Source: a virus. Taken from it: 56,517 nucleotides of DNA. The stretch lies in IMG/VR virus record IMGVR_UViG_3300033150_002389, one strand, 5' to 3'. The first letter of the stretch is position 1; the number at the start of each line of letters is the position of its first letter. Of this stretch, positions 1-7,805 are shown piece by piece. Made by a program: the position numbers and the translations under genes. Under the pieces are notes generated by a model. It saw nothing but the letters and a program-made list of their open reading frames with translations, was not told the DNA's origin and did not search any database.

Positions 1-70
1 TTCGCAATCTCGTATCGCCCGAATCTCCCCGTCTTGCACTTCGGAGATCCGGGCCGGAAGTCCCCCACGC
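1..70. repeat. terminal direct repeat; bases 1-70 are identical to 56448-56517 (circular or terminally redundant genome, unique length about 56447 bp)
   Basis: exact 70-nt identity between window start and window end, read directly. Confidence 0.9.
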
Positions 71-566
71 CTATCACCAGTCCGGCGCGGTTGATAATAT
101 CTGGCAGGGTATCCTTGATGAAGCTTTCGTTGAACATGTTCTCATCGATCCACATCTCCCACGTTGTCTCCCAGGGGAGGTCTATCCTGGCCCTGGAGCG
201 CAGGACCGCGTTCCCCTGCACTACCACCCTGCGGACATCCACTGCGTATTCGGTGATGCGTTTGCCATCACGCACCAGGATCAGCTCTTCCGGTTTCATC
301 TCCAGGATCGCGCCGCTCAGCACGCTCTTGACCGAGGTGCGACCCTGCTTGTAAGGCCCGGCGGCCTGGACGATGGATGAGCGAAATGCATCACCTGGCA
401 TGTAGAGAAATCCATCCTCGGTCTTGTACGCCGATAGCTCCGCTTCGTCTTCCGAGAGCGGGATTGACTGGCTGCGCGTCCTTACGCTGGCCTGGGCCAT
501 CATCGCTCTTGCGCTGTGCATCAGGATCGGCGTCAAACCTCTTACCGTTACTTCGATTTCATACAT
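1..566 (-). CDS. hypothetical protein, N-terminal 188 codons; frame runs off the window start and resumes across the junction (C-terminus at 56414)
   Basis: ATG at 566-564 preceded by AAGGAGG with 7-nt spacer; translation MYEIEVTVRGLTPILMH... is protein-like; absent from the ORF track because the window edge cuts it. Confidence 0.55.
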   Translation of the reverse strand, partial: MYEIEVTVRGLTPILMHSARAMMAQASVRTRSQSIPLSEDEAELSAYKTEDGFLYMPGDAFRSSIVQAAGPYKQGRTSVKSVLSGAILEMKPEELILVRDGKRITEYAVDVRRVVVQGNAVLRSRARIDLPWETTWEMWIDENMFNESFIKDTLPDIINRAGLVIGVGDFRPGSPKCKTGRFGRYEIA

Positions 567-802
567 CTGCTGTCCTCCTTACTGGTTTTTTGGTTTCCAT
601 GGCATGGCGAGGCTTGGCCCAACGTGGCCCAGCTTGGCAGGGCATGCCGTGGCTTGGCGGGGCGTGGCGGGGTTAGGCTAAACTCAAGCGTGACCAGGCC
701 TCCCTTAAACACCGCGGAGCAGAACTCCCAGCCCTGGCGCCTAAAATCGGCCTTGATGGTTTCGTAGAGATGCTGCTTGACTATGACGATTTTGGTGGTC
801 AT
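548..802 (-). CDS. hypothetical small protein
   Basis: ORF track; N-terminal 40 aa protein-like, C-terminal part is low complexity and runs through the GC-rich repeat block; no clear SD. Confidence 0.3.
   Translation of the reverse strand: MTTKIVIVKQHLYETIKADFRRQGWEFCSAVFKGGLVTLEFSLTPPRPAKPRHALPSWATLGQASPCHGNQKTSKEDSRCMKSK
598..676. repeat. GC-rich degenerate direct repeats (GGCATGGC, GCTTGGC, GGGTTAGGC motifs)
   Basis: repeated words read directly; a related block lies at 56341-56405 on the other side of the junction-spanning gene. Confidence 0.5.
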
Positions 803-965
803 GATTGGGGAAGTATATTAAAAGATTTACAACTTGTCAACTAAAAAAGATATGATTCGGCAATAAAAACCTACACTCAAGTGCCACTGGTGGAGAGATG
901 ATTGGCAAGGGTTAGTTATCTCGGTGGAAAGCTCTAGCGGGTATTATGAGGGAGGAATGAATGGC

Positions 966-1598
966 CTATAATTTGGGAATCTTTGTATCTATGAAATCCA
1001 CGTGTTCTTCCAGCTCCGGTTGAATAGGATTGCGTAGCGGATCAAGGCAAACCTGCATGCCTTCACGTCTCGCAAACTTCAAAGCAGGGACAATATCTGC
1101 ATCCCCGGTGATAATGATCAATAAATCAGCTATTCTTTTTATCGCTATGAGGGCTATATCAAGGCCGATCCTCATATCAACGGCCTTTTGCTCAATAAGG
1201 GGGCGAACATCGTGCTCAGAAAGATCATCAACAGATAGATTTTTGCTTATCAGTGATTTGAGTTTATCTGGAGCCAGTATCCATTCATTGTTTTTCCAAA
1301 CCGCCTTACCAAGGCGAAGGGCAAAGTTAGGCGTGGTTTTTATGGATTCGAATAACTTACTCTGGGCTTTGGCTACGGCGGTCTGACTGAAATCGATGGC
1401 TTTTTTTGATATGGGGTTATGCCCCTTTTTCTCTAAAGGGGCGGTATCATAATAGAAGATACGGTATAGATAATCGTTCTCCCGCAAATGCTTTAAGCAG
1501 TATTTGCGGATCTCAGGGCCTGAATAGTAAAATGTTTTGAGCTTATATATCCTTTTACGCATGAACCAACCATCAATCATGAATACAACTCTCCGCAT
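966..1598 (-). CDS. NYN-domain (PIN-like, LabA family) protein
   Basis: N-terminal VVFMIDGWF and central LLIIITGDADIVPALKFARREGMQV resemble NYN acidic motifs; AT-rich relative to the rest of the genome. Confidence 0.55.
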   Translation of the reverse strand: MRRVVFMIDGWFMRKRIYKLKTFYYSGPEIRKYCLKHLRENDYLYRIFYYDTAPLEKKGHNPISKKAIDFSQTAVAKAQSKLFESIKTTPNFALRLGKAVWKNNEWILAPDKLKSLISKNLSVDDLSEHDVRPLIEQKAVDMRIGLDIALIAIKRIADLLIIITGDADIVPALKFARREGMQVCLDPLRNPIQPELEEHVDFIDTKIPKL

Positions 1599-1723
1599 GA
1601 CTCCTCCACAAAAAGCAAAGCCCCTTGGTCGGCTCCGAGCTATTTCTTAATTTCCCGAAGCGTCACAAGGGGCACTTTTTACTCAAAGCAGCTTTTAACA
1701 CACGTAAATAATATCGTCATTTT

Positions 1724-2101
1724 CTAACAAAAATCAAGAGAAATTTCAGGCTCAGGCTTTGAAGGTATTTTCAATCTTATATCTCTTCCCCCGCTGTTTT
1801 CTGCACTCCAAAACTCTTGCCATACTTCTGCGGGGGCGGGACAGTAAAGGTTCTCAAGATTATCGTTGCTGAATGCGTAGTCGACCTGAGCGCATATGAG
1901 GGCAATTATGTCTTTCTGGGCTTGTTCGACACTCTCCGCGGTGGCAACGATATCGAGCTCCAGACAGTGAGCGACAAACATGCCATCGTCTTCTTTGATC
2001 AGGATATTGAAAATCATTCCGCTTTCATGGTTTTCCATAGCCCCTCCTAGTTTCATCAAGTTTTGCAAGCCAAAATCAATTCTTTCTTCAACTAAATTCA
2101 A
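1724..2101 (-). CDS. HicB-like (UPF0150) antitoxin-fold protein
   Basis: segment IKEDDGMFVAHCLELDIVATAESVEQAQKDIIALI resembles HicB N-terminal domain; no HicA partner seen. Confidence 0.45.
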   Translation of the reverse strand: MNLVEERIDFGLQNLMKLGGAMENHESGMIFNILIKEDDGMFVAHCLELDIVATAESVEQAQKDIIALICAQVDYAFSNDNLENLYCPAPAEVWQEFWSAENSGGRDIRLKIPSKPEPEISLDFC

Positions 2102-2107
2102 AGTATA

Positions 2108-2671
2108 TTACACTCTCTTTTTCTGCGTACCGATGCCATCTGCCTTTCCGGTAGAGGACTCTTGCTGGGGGCCGGCCAACTGCTCCAGATATCGCACTTT
2201 TTTTTCTAGCCTATCTATCTCTTGCTTTAGGTTCGTTTCGGTATGCTTCCATTTCTCTTCGCTCTGTTTCAACCTTGCCTCAGCTCGGACGGCTGCCTTA
2301 AAGGCTGCTATGTTTGCCCGCAAGGCAGCGATGATAATCTCATTTCGCGACTCCATGATTTCTTTTACGTCAGCCATTGCCTGGATAACGGCAAGATCTC
2401 TGGCCTCAATCTCTATTCCATTTTTTGGTGAAGACGGGACGCTATTAAAATAATACTGCAAGACATCCTTTTCGCCTAATGCCTGAAGGAGTTTTTCGCG
2501 GGTGGGTGTTTTGGGATTGCCTTTCAGATTATTATGGACGGCTGACTTTGTTTTCCCCATTCTCTGCGCCAATTCGTTATAAGAGATTTTCTTTGTCTTC
2601 ATGAACGACTTCAAAAGGCAAGTAAACTCCTTACCGGGGAGCAATAAAACCGTTGACGGGTCGTAAATCAT
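2108..2671 (-). CDS. HTH DNA-binding protein with coiled-coil C-terminus; repressor candidate (alternative start at 2602)
   Basis: HTH-like ISYNELAQRMGKTKSAVHNNLKG; divergent from a Cro-like gene; no S24 peptidase domain seen. Confidence 0.5.
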   Translation of the reverse strand: MIYDPSTVLLLPGKEFTCLLKSFMKTKKISYNELAQRMGKTKSAVHNNLKGNPKTPTREKLLQALGEKDVLQYYFNSVPSSPKNGIEIEARDLAVIQAMADVKEIMESRNEIIIAALRANIAAFKAAVRAEARLKQSEEKWKHTETNLKQEIDRLEKKVRYLEQLAGPQQESSTGKADGIGTQKKRV

Positions 2672-2681
2672 TTGATATACA
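2653..2681 (+). promoter_or_regulatory. candidate sigma70-like promoter TTGACG-N17-TATACA giving a near-leaderless transcript for the 2688 gene
   Basis: hexamers and spacing read directly; -10 ends 6 nt before the ATG; overlaps the 2108-2671 ORF unless that gene starts at 2602. Confidence 0.25.
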
Positions 2682-2687
2682 TTTCCT

Positions 2688-2939
2688 ATGCGGATAAAAG
2701 ACTATTTAGAGAAATATAAACTTAGTCAAGCAGGCTTTGCAAAACAGCTATCGATTTCGAAATCTGCTGTTAGCCTCATCCTGCGTGGTGCCCGTCGCCC
2801 CTCTCCTGAGCTTGCCCTTAAGATCCAGGAAGCCACCAATGGCGAGGTGACGGTCATGGAATTACTTTTTCCTGCTCTTGATGAACATGTAGATGAGCAG
2901 AAAGGGGACACCAATAAAAAAAGTGCCGAATGCCCATAA
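2688..2939 (+). CDS. XRE-family HTH regulator (Cro-like)
   Basis: YKLSQAGFAKQLSISKSAVSLILRG is a classic HTH_3-type motif; first gene of the plus-strand block, divergent from the repressor candidate. Confidence 0.6.
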   Translation: MRIKDYLEKYKLSQAGFAKQLSISKSAVSLILRGARRPSPELALKIQEATNGEVTVMELLFPALDEHVDEQKGDTNKKSAECP

Positions 2940-3269
2940 CTCGGAGTCCTCAAGAATCATCAGGGCGTAAAAAGCCCACAGGGCCAATAAAACGCAGGTA
3001 ATAATGGTGACGCGGTTTTCTCTCCATCTTTCAGGCGTTAACGCTGTCATAGCTTTGCTGATGAGAAGTATTGAACCACAACCCAGGAGCCAAACGCCAA
3101 AAACGTATACGGGTATAGAAATCAATGGCCTGAGGGGCAACTGGCGAGAATATACAATGTAGTAGAGGAGGCTGAGGTCTTTTGGTCCCCTTGAAAGGAT
3201 CGTCGCTGACCAGACCAAACTCCAGCAGGCAACAAGGCAAAGATTCAGGTGCGATTTTGTCTCGGACAT
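2862..3269 (-). CDS. integral membrane protein (about four hydrophobic helices)
   Basis: ATG at 3269 with AGGAGG 7 nt upstream; hydrophobic segments throughout. Confidence 0.5.
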   Translation of the reverse strand: MSETKSHLNLCLVACWSLVWSATILSRGPKDLSLLYYIVYSRQLPLRPLISIPVYVFGVWLLGCGSILLISKAMTALTPERWRENRVTIITCVLLALWAFYALMILEDSELWAFGTFFIGVPFLLIYMFIKSRKK

Positions 3270-3310
3270 GGCCATGCCTCCTATTCGGTCATCTATGAAC
3301 GGCATAACAA

Positions 3311-3604
3311 TCATGCGGGGGATTCCTCTGGGGCGAACCCGGGTTGGTTACGGAGGTTCACCGCTTCAAGCACTGCAACAACGAATGAGTGATCTAGAAG
3401 GACACGTCGCGGCTCTCCGCTGGGAGGCTTCGAAACCGTTGCCGAGAAGTAGGTCCCTCCTTCGTGGATTTCAGTGCAGGTCATGTAGTAAACGGGATTG
3501 CCCCTTTCGTCTGTGGCCTTTTCAGCCAGATCACTTGCAAGGTACGGATACCGGGCGATGCGTTCATCAAGAATAACCGTGTATATCTTGAGCTTGTGGC
3601 TCAT
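3311..3604 (-). CDS. hypothetical protein
   Basis: ORF track; AAGGAGGA upstream of ATG at 3604. Confidence 0.5.
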   Translation of the reverse strand: MSHKLKIYTVILDERIARYPYLASDLAEKATDERGNPVYYMTCTEIHEGGTYFSATVSKPPSGEPRRVLLDHSFVVAVLEAVNLRNQPGFAPEESPA

Positions 3605-3646
3605 GACATCCTCCTTCGCTGGCTACGGGCCTGGAGAAGGGTTGCT

Positions 3647-3916
3647 ATGAAACGCCACCTAAGTCCCATGACAGAGAAAAACAGCCAAAACCTCAAGGTT
3701 TTCAGGTTCTTGCGCTCACTGGAGTCGCCTAAAGTTCCACTGGAAACAATTCTTACTCTTATCATCAGGTTCCAATGGAAATCAATAAGAAATTTCGCGT
3801 CAGACCTGGGGTTGAGCCATACCTCGGTGCTTCGCGCACTGAAGGGGAGGCCTGTGTCCGCCCGGGTGAAAGACAAGATTAGAGATGCCCTCGGGTTTAA
3901 CCCCTGGGCAGAATGA
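3647..3916 (+). CDS. small HTH DNA-binding protein
   Basis: internal ATG at 3647 of ORF 3464-3916; HTH-like IRNFASDLGLSHTSVLRALKG. Confidence 0.4.
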   Translation: MKRHLSPMTEKNSQNLKVFRFLRSLESPKVPLETILTLIIRFQWKSIRNFASDLGLSHTSVLRALKGRPVSARVKDKIRDALGFNPWAE

Positions 3917-4042
3917 AGCACGAAATAGGCGGGGGCGCAGCCCCCTGTGTGGTGGCAGAGGAATAGGCAGCGGTAGGCCCCCAACCCCCTATTGCGCTAT
4001 CCTCTGCCTCTCGCACCATGAAAACCCTACAGGAGGCCTTTC

Positions 4043-4249
4043 ATGGCTCACAACAATGAGGCCCGGGAGACGATCTCCGTCAGCATGCCGGGATGGCTGA
4101 TCGAGCAGCTTGATGCTGCCAGGAACAAGGTGTTCAGGTCTCGCAGCGATTTTGTTTGTGAGGCGATCCGCAAACACATCCTGGCCACGATGGACTCCCC
4201 GGACTTTTGGGAAAAAGTATGCCAGGAACCTGAGGATGAGTCTTATTAA
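4043..4249 (+). CDS. ribbon-helix-helix (CopG/Arc-like) DNA-binding protein
   Basis: AGGAGG 6 nt upstream of ATG; ISVSMPGWLIEQLDAARNKVFRSRSDFVCEAIRKHI matches RHH beta-alpha-alpha pattern. Confidence 0.55.
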   Translation: MAHNNEARETISVSMPGWLIEQLDAARNKVFRSRSDFVCEAIRKHILATMDSPDFWEKVCQEPEDESY

Positions 4250-4402
4250 AAAATAATGAAAAAATTATTTTACAGAAAATATCAAGGATAACATGAAGTT
4301 ATTAAAGTTGACCAAAGGGAAATCTGCCAGAAACAGCAACAATGGACTATTCTATGAAACGACAGTGAATGAGTACTACCTTGCAATATAATCTGACGGG
4401 CA

Positions 4403-4723
4403 TCAGCGCCCATAATTACGGTAGCCTGAACCACGCCTCGAACCAGGGAGTCCTAATAAGCTATCATTATATGGGCTCGGGTTTGATGGGAATAGCCTTC
4501 TTGGGTTGTTTGAGTAGGGCGTTACCCGCCCGGTATTCGGGTTGTAGTTCCCTGGGTATGAGTAGTTATTCATCCGAGTTGAGTCAGGGGTAGTCCGCCA
4601 ATGCCCTTGAACATAGGTTCCGTCGCTACGGTAATAGCCTCTGACCCAGGTTTGGCCTGCTCCAGCATACAATGGCCAGAACAGAACAAAAAGTAAAGCA
4701 GCAAAAACAATAAGCTTTTTCAT
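4403..4723 (-). CDS. small secreted Tyr/Asn/Pro-rich protein with signal peptide
   Basis: N-terminal MKKLIVFAALLFVLFWPLYAGAG is signal-peptide-like. Confidence 0.5.
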   Translation of the reverse strand: MKKLIVFAALLFVLFWPLYAGAGQTWVRGYYRSDGTYVQGHWRTTPDSTRMNNYSYPGNYNPNTGRVTPYSNNPRRLFPSNPSPYNDSLLGLPGSRRGSGYRNYGR

Positions 4724-4956
4724 GAGCGGCCTCCTGCTTTTAAAGGTGTTTAAAGGGTTTAAACTCTGAATACCATAATATCGGAACTAAAAACAACAGG
4801 GAAAAACAGGTGGACGTAGTAGGAGAATTTTTGAATAGACGTCAGCATTGAAGCCCCCGTATTGAGGGTTGGCGGGAAGGTTAAGCTCTTGAAGAGTTTA
4901 ATAATATGCCCAGGGCATAAAATGCAAGCGAAAAACCAAGCCGTTAGAGGTTAGGG

Positions 4957-5229
4957 TTGGTATATCAACTGAGAGACGGGATAGAGTTTTTGAAATCACT
5001 TCCTGATAATTCCGTTGACGGAATTTTCACAGACCCACCGTGGAAACGTGGAACCAAAAAAAAGACATCATTGAGGGGTGCTGATATTTATTTTGCCCCT
5101 TTTGGCTCTCCCTGGCCAAAGAAGATAAGAGGTTTCAAGCCACAAGAGTACTTGAAAGCGTCTACCGGTAAAGTCGCTGGAAAGCTAACCGAAGAGGACG
5201 TCCGCAAAGCCTATGAGTTAGTGGGGTAA
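4957..5229 (+). pseudogene. N-terminal fragment of an N6A/N4C DNA methyltransferase (motif IV DPPW only)
   Basis: LKSLPDNSVDGIFTDPPW is a typical methyltransferase N-terminus, but the ORF stops after 90 aa and no FxGxG motif follows. Confidence 0.4.
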
Positions 5230-5232
5230 ACC

Positions 5233-6306
5233 ATGAGAGAATTCGGAAAAATCCACACAAGGTACTGGTCCTGGGCTCAAGCCCACAACCTCACGGACCA
5301 GGTCAAGCTGATAGGAGCATACCTCCTTTCATGTGAGCACGGGAACTCCTTAGGCTGCTTCCGGCTCCCAAGAAGCTACATTGCGGAGGATCTGGGATAT
5401 AGTGTGGACATCGTGTCCACATCATGTCGACACCTTGAAAAATTAGGTTTTTTGGAGTACTGCGAGACCTCAAAATTTGTGCTGATCAAAAAATACCTCA
5501 AATGGAACCCTCCAAAAAACGAAAGTCACGCCCAGGGAATCTTGTCTATGGTCTCACAAATTATTCCCTCATCCTTTACATTGCTGGAATCACTGATGGA
5601 ATCCCTCAGGAGGTACGGAGGGAAGCATCTTAAAAGACAAGATGTGGACACTTTGTATCACACCTTGTCCCCCATGGTGTCAACACAGTGTCCACAAAGT
5701 GTGGAGACAAAAGAGACAGAGACAGAGATAGAGAAGGAGATAGAGATAGAGACAAAGAAGGAGAAGGAGATAGAGAAGGAGAATATGAGGGCCGCACCTG
5801 CGGACCCTCCTCACCCTAAAAATTCAAAAAAATCCGAGGGAGAGAAATTTCACTTCAAAGTCAAGGTGCCACTCCCAAAGAATTTCTATCCCACCAGCGA
5901 GATGAAAGCTTATGCGAAAAGATATCACATGCCCGAAGAGGAGGTCCCCTTTCAATTCGAAAAGTTTAAAGCTCACCACCAAAAGCTCGAAAGTAAATTC
6001 AACGACTGGATCGCTGCGTGGAGGAACTGGGTGCTCAAGTGGGTGGAGTTCAATAAACCGACCAGCGGTCCGCCCCTCCAGGAGCCAGTACAGAGTTCAC
6101 GGTGTAAAGGTTGCGGAGCTACGAACGTGATGATCGATCTGGAAACCGGATTGTGCGCCAAATGCTTCAGGGCAGTGGCCGCCCCGGATCTAGCTGGACT
6201 GGTGGATAAAGCGACCAAAGGCATGGATATGAGCGAGGAGGAGCGATTGCAGCAGCTGAAAAAACAATCCGAACAGCTCAAATCAAAGGAGGTGCCCTAC
6301 GCATGA
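5233..6306 (+). CDS. hypothetical protein with winged-helix-like N-terminus, Glu-rich dipeptide repeat and C-terminal CxxC-x13-CxxC zinc ribbon; replication-initiator candidate
   Basis: ORF track; CKGCGATNVMIDLETGLCAKC zinc ribbon; position in early region. Confidence 0.5.
   Translation: MREFGKIHTRYWSWAQAHNLTDQVKLIGAYLLSCEHGNSLGCFRLPRSYIAEDLGYSVDIVSTSCRHLEKLGFLEYCETSKFVLIKKYLKWNPPKNESHAQGILSMVSQIIPSSFTLLESLMESLRRYGGKHLKRQDVDTLYHTLSPMVSTQCPQSVETKETETEIEKEIEIETKKEKEIEKENMRAAPADPPHPKNSKKSEGEKFHFKVKVPLPKNFYPTSEMKAYAKRYHMPEEEVPFQFEKFKAHHQKLESKFNDWIAAWRNWVLKWVEFNKPTSGPPLQEPVQSSRCKGCGATNVMIDLETGLCAKCFRAVAAPDLAGLVDKATKGMDMSEEERLQQLKKQSEQLKSKEVPYA
5708..5784. repeat. tandem hexanucleotide repeats (A[CTA][AG][GA]AG, about 11 units) inside the 5233-6306 gene
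   Basis: read directly: acagagacagagatagagaaggagatagagatagagacaaagaaggagaaggagatagagaaggag. Confidence 0.6.
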
Positions 6307-6704
6307 GGTTGCGGGCGACAGAGGAGCAGGTAAGCGAGTATATGGCCGAGTACAACCGGAAGATGGGGTTCGCTGAGACGAGAGAAGACCAGGAAGCGGA
6401 ACCCGGACCGGAGGGGCGTCTCCAAGGCAGGATAATGAAGTGGGCGAAGGACCGGGGGTACCCCTGCCAGTGAAACAGGCAGAGCGCTCGGGTCCGGGGG
6501 ATCCTGACACCTGGTTGGCCGGATTGAATGATTGCCATTGGGGGCGGCCGGTGGCTCGCCTTTGAGCTTAAGTCCAAGAGGGGGAGGTTGACCCCCGCAC
6601 AGAAGGCCATGAAGCTGAATTTTTCAAGGCTGGGTCACATCTACCCGGTCGTAAAAAGCTTTAGAGCGTTCTTAAAACTTTACGAGGAGAGGAGGAACAG
6701 GTGA
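6303..6704 (+). pseudogene. VRR-NUC-like nuclease frame with two in-frame TGA codons (6471-6473, 6525-6527); pseudogene or UGA readthrough gene
   Basis: single frame reads MRLRATEEQVSEYMAEY...IMKWAKDRGYPCQ-TGA-NRQSARVRGILTPGWPD-TGA-MIAIGGGRWLAFELKSKRGRLTPAQKAMKLNFSRLGHIYPVVKSF; PD...ELK resembles PD-(D/E)xK; start overlaps upstream stop as ATGA. Confidence 0.5.
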
Positions 6705-7453
6705 TGGAATTTTTATTCCACGAACTAAGTAGCGCTGTACTGGCTAGTAAATTTCGGAAATGGGCGGAGAATTCTATGTCTCATATTAAGGCTCCTCGCC
6801 CACAAGGAGCGGGGCTTTTACCGGGAAGCACAATAGCACTTTCTGAAGGGGGGCAAACTCCTAACTTCAGCCCTGGTACAGCTCTAGCTATTGCGGCAGG
6901 GTGCGTCTATTACCCTGGCCTACCGTCAGAGCGTTCCAAGTTCGTGCACTCACCCTATACGGGGACCAATTGTGCAAGCCCGGTCGTTGCACCTATACCT
7001 CAGAAACCGAAAAGGCCGAACAAACGGCAGCAACTGAAAGCGCAACGGGCTCCGTATAAATCCGAATGTAAGGCACAATTGCTTTTGAGGGATCTCATCG
7101 GATTTGAGCAGTGGAAGGTATACCGGAGGACGAACCGGGTGATTGTCATAGGTAAGCACAGCTGGATTATCGGCAACGTTTTTGGTGATTACCATAGATC
7201 ACAGCCATTCCTCGCTAAACCCGATGTTGTGAGGCTCGATGGAGTCCGGAGGTGGCGTGGCCACTATCCATCAACCAGCTTTTGCTTCCTGGACAGGTGC
7301 AACGAGCCCATACCTTACACCGACAAGGTCTACGCACTGGTCATGAACCTGATCAACGACGAAAAGGAATTCCTGCGCACCGGTAACCGGATCCGCGAGC
7401 AGAAACTTAAAACGGTCCCGGAATCGGCGGTATACAGCGTTGATAAGTGTTGA
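6701..7453 (+). CDS. hypothetical protein
   Basis: ORF track; C-terminal half protein-like. Confidence 0.4.
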   Translation: MMEFLFHELSSAVLASKFRKWAENSMSHIKAPRPQGAGLLPGSTIALSEGGQTPNFSPGTALAIAAGCVYYPGLPSERSKFVHSPYTGTNCASPVVAPIPQKPKRPNKRQQLKAQRAPYKSECKAQLLLRDLIGFEQWKVYRRTNRVIVIGKHSWIIGNVFGDYHRSQPFLAKPDVVRLDGVRRWRGHYPSTSFCFLDRCNEPIPYTDKVYALVMNLINDEKEFLRTGNRIREQKLKTVPESAVYSVDKC

Positions 7454-7472
7454 AGCAGAGGAGGTGGGGTAA

Positions 7473-7577
7473 ATGATGAAATCAGCCCTGATAGGCGCAA
7501 TCATCGGCTTGGGGCTTGCCGCAATCGTGATGATTTTCCAGTGGTTAGCTAGGAAGACCAAGGGAGATCGCAAATGA
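7473..7577 (+). CDS. 34-aa hydrophobic peptide
   Basis: GGAGGTG SD; MMKSALIGAIIGLGLAAIVMIFQWLARKTKGDRK; stop overlaps next start (ATGA). Confidence 0.3.
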   Translation: MMKSALIGAIIGLGLAAIVMIFQWLARKTKGDRK

Positions 7578-7783
7578 GTGCGAACATTATCGTTGGGCTT
7601 GGGGAGATAGCGAAAAAGCTTGGGGTAAGCAAGCGGACCGCGCGGAAGATACTGCGCCGAACAGACACGCCCATCCTCCAGGCTTATAGACCCAGGATTG
7701 CGGTTTTTGAGGAAGACCTCTTGGAGAGAGTGAAAGGCGTCACACTTCAACCTGCCTCAGAACCATGCGTCTCTACCGAATAG
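7574..7783 (+). CDS. HTH_17/excisionase-like DNA-binding protein
   Basis: LGEIAKKLGVSKRTARKILRR HTH-like. Confidence 0.5.
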   Translation: MSANIIVGLGEIAKKLGVSKRTARKILRRTDTPILQAYRPRIAVFEEDLLERVKGVTLQPASEPCVSTE

Positions 7784-7805
7784 GGGGTCAAAATTGACAA
7801 GGCCT

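Noticed and set aside
598-676. GC-rich repeats considered as a CRISPR array
   Set aside because: Units are short, degenerate and directly abutting with no unique spacers of regular length; there are no cas genes.
2108-2671. LexA/CI-type autocleavable repressor
   Set aside because: Only an HTH and a coiled coil are visible; no Ala-Gly cleavage site or Ser-Lys S24 peptidase motifs, so it is called a generic HTH repressor candidate.
6303-6704. Genome-wide TGA recoding (code 4 or code 25) as the explanation for the in-frame TGAs
   Set aside because: Many well-supported genes, including terS and portal, terminate at TGA at natural protein ends followed by SD-spaced downstream starts; the anomaly is confined to this one gene.
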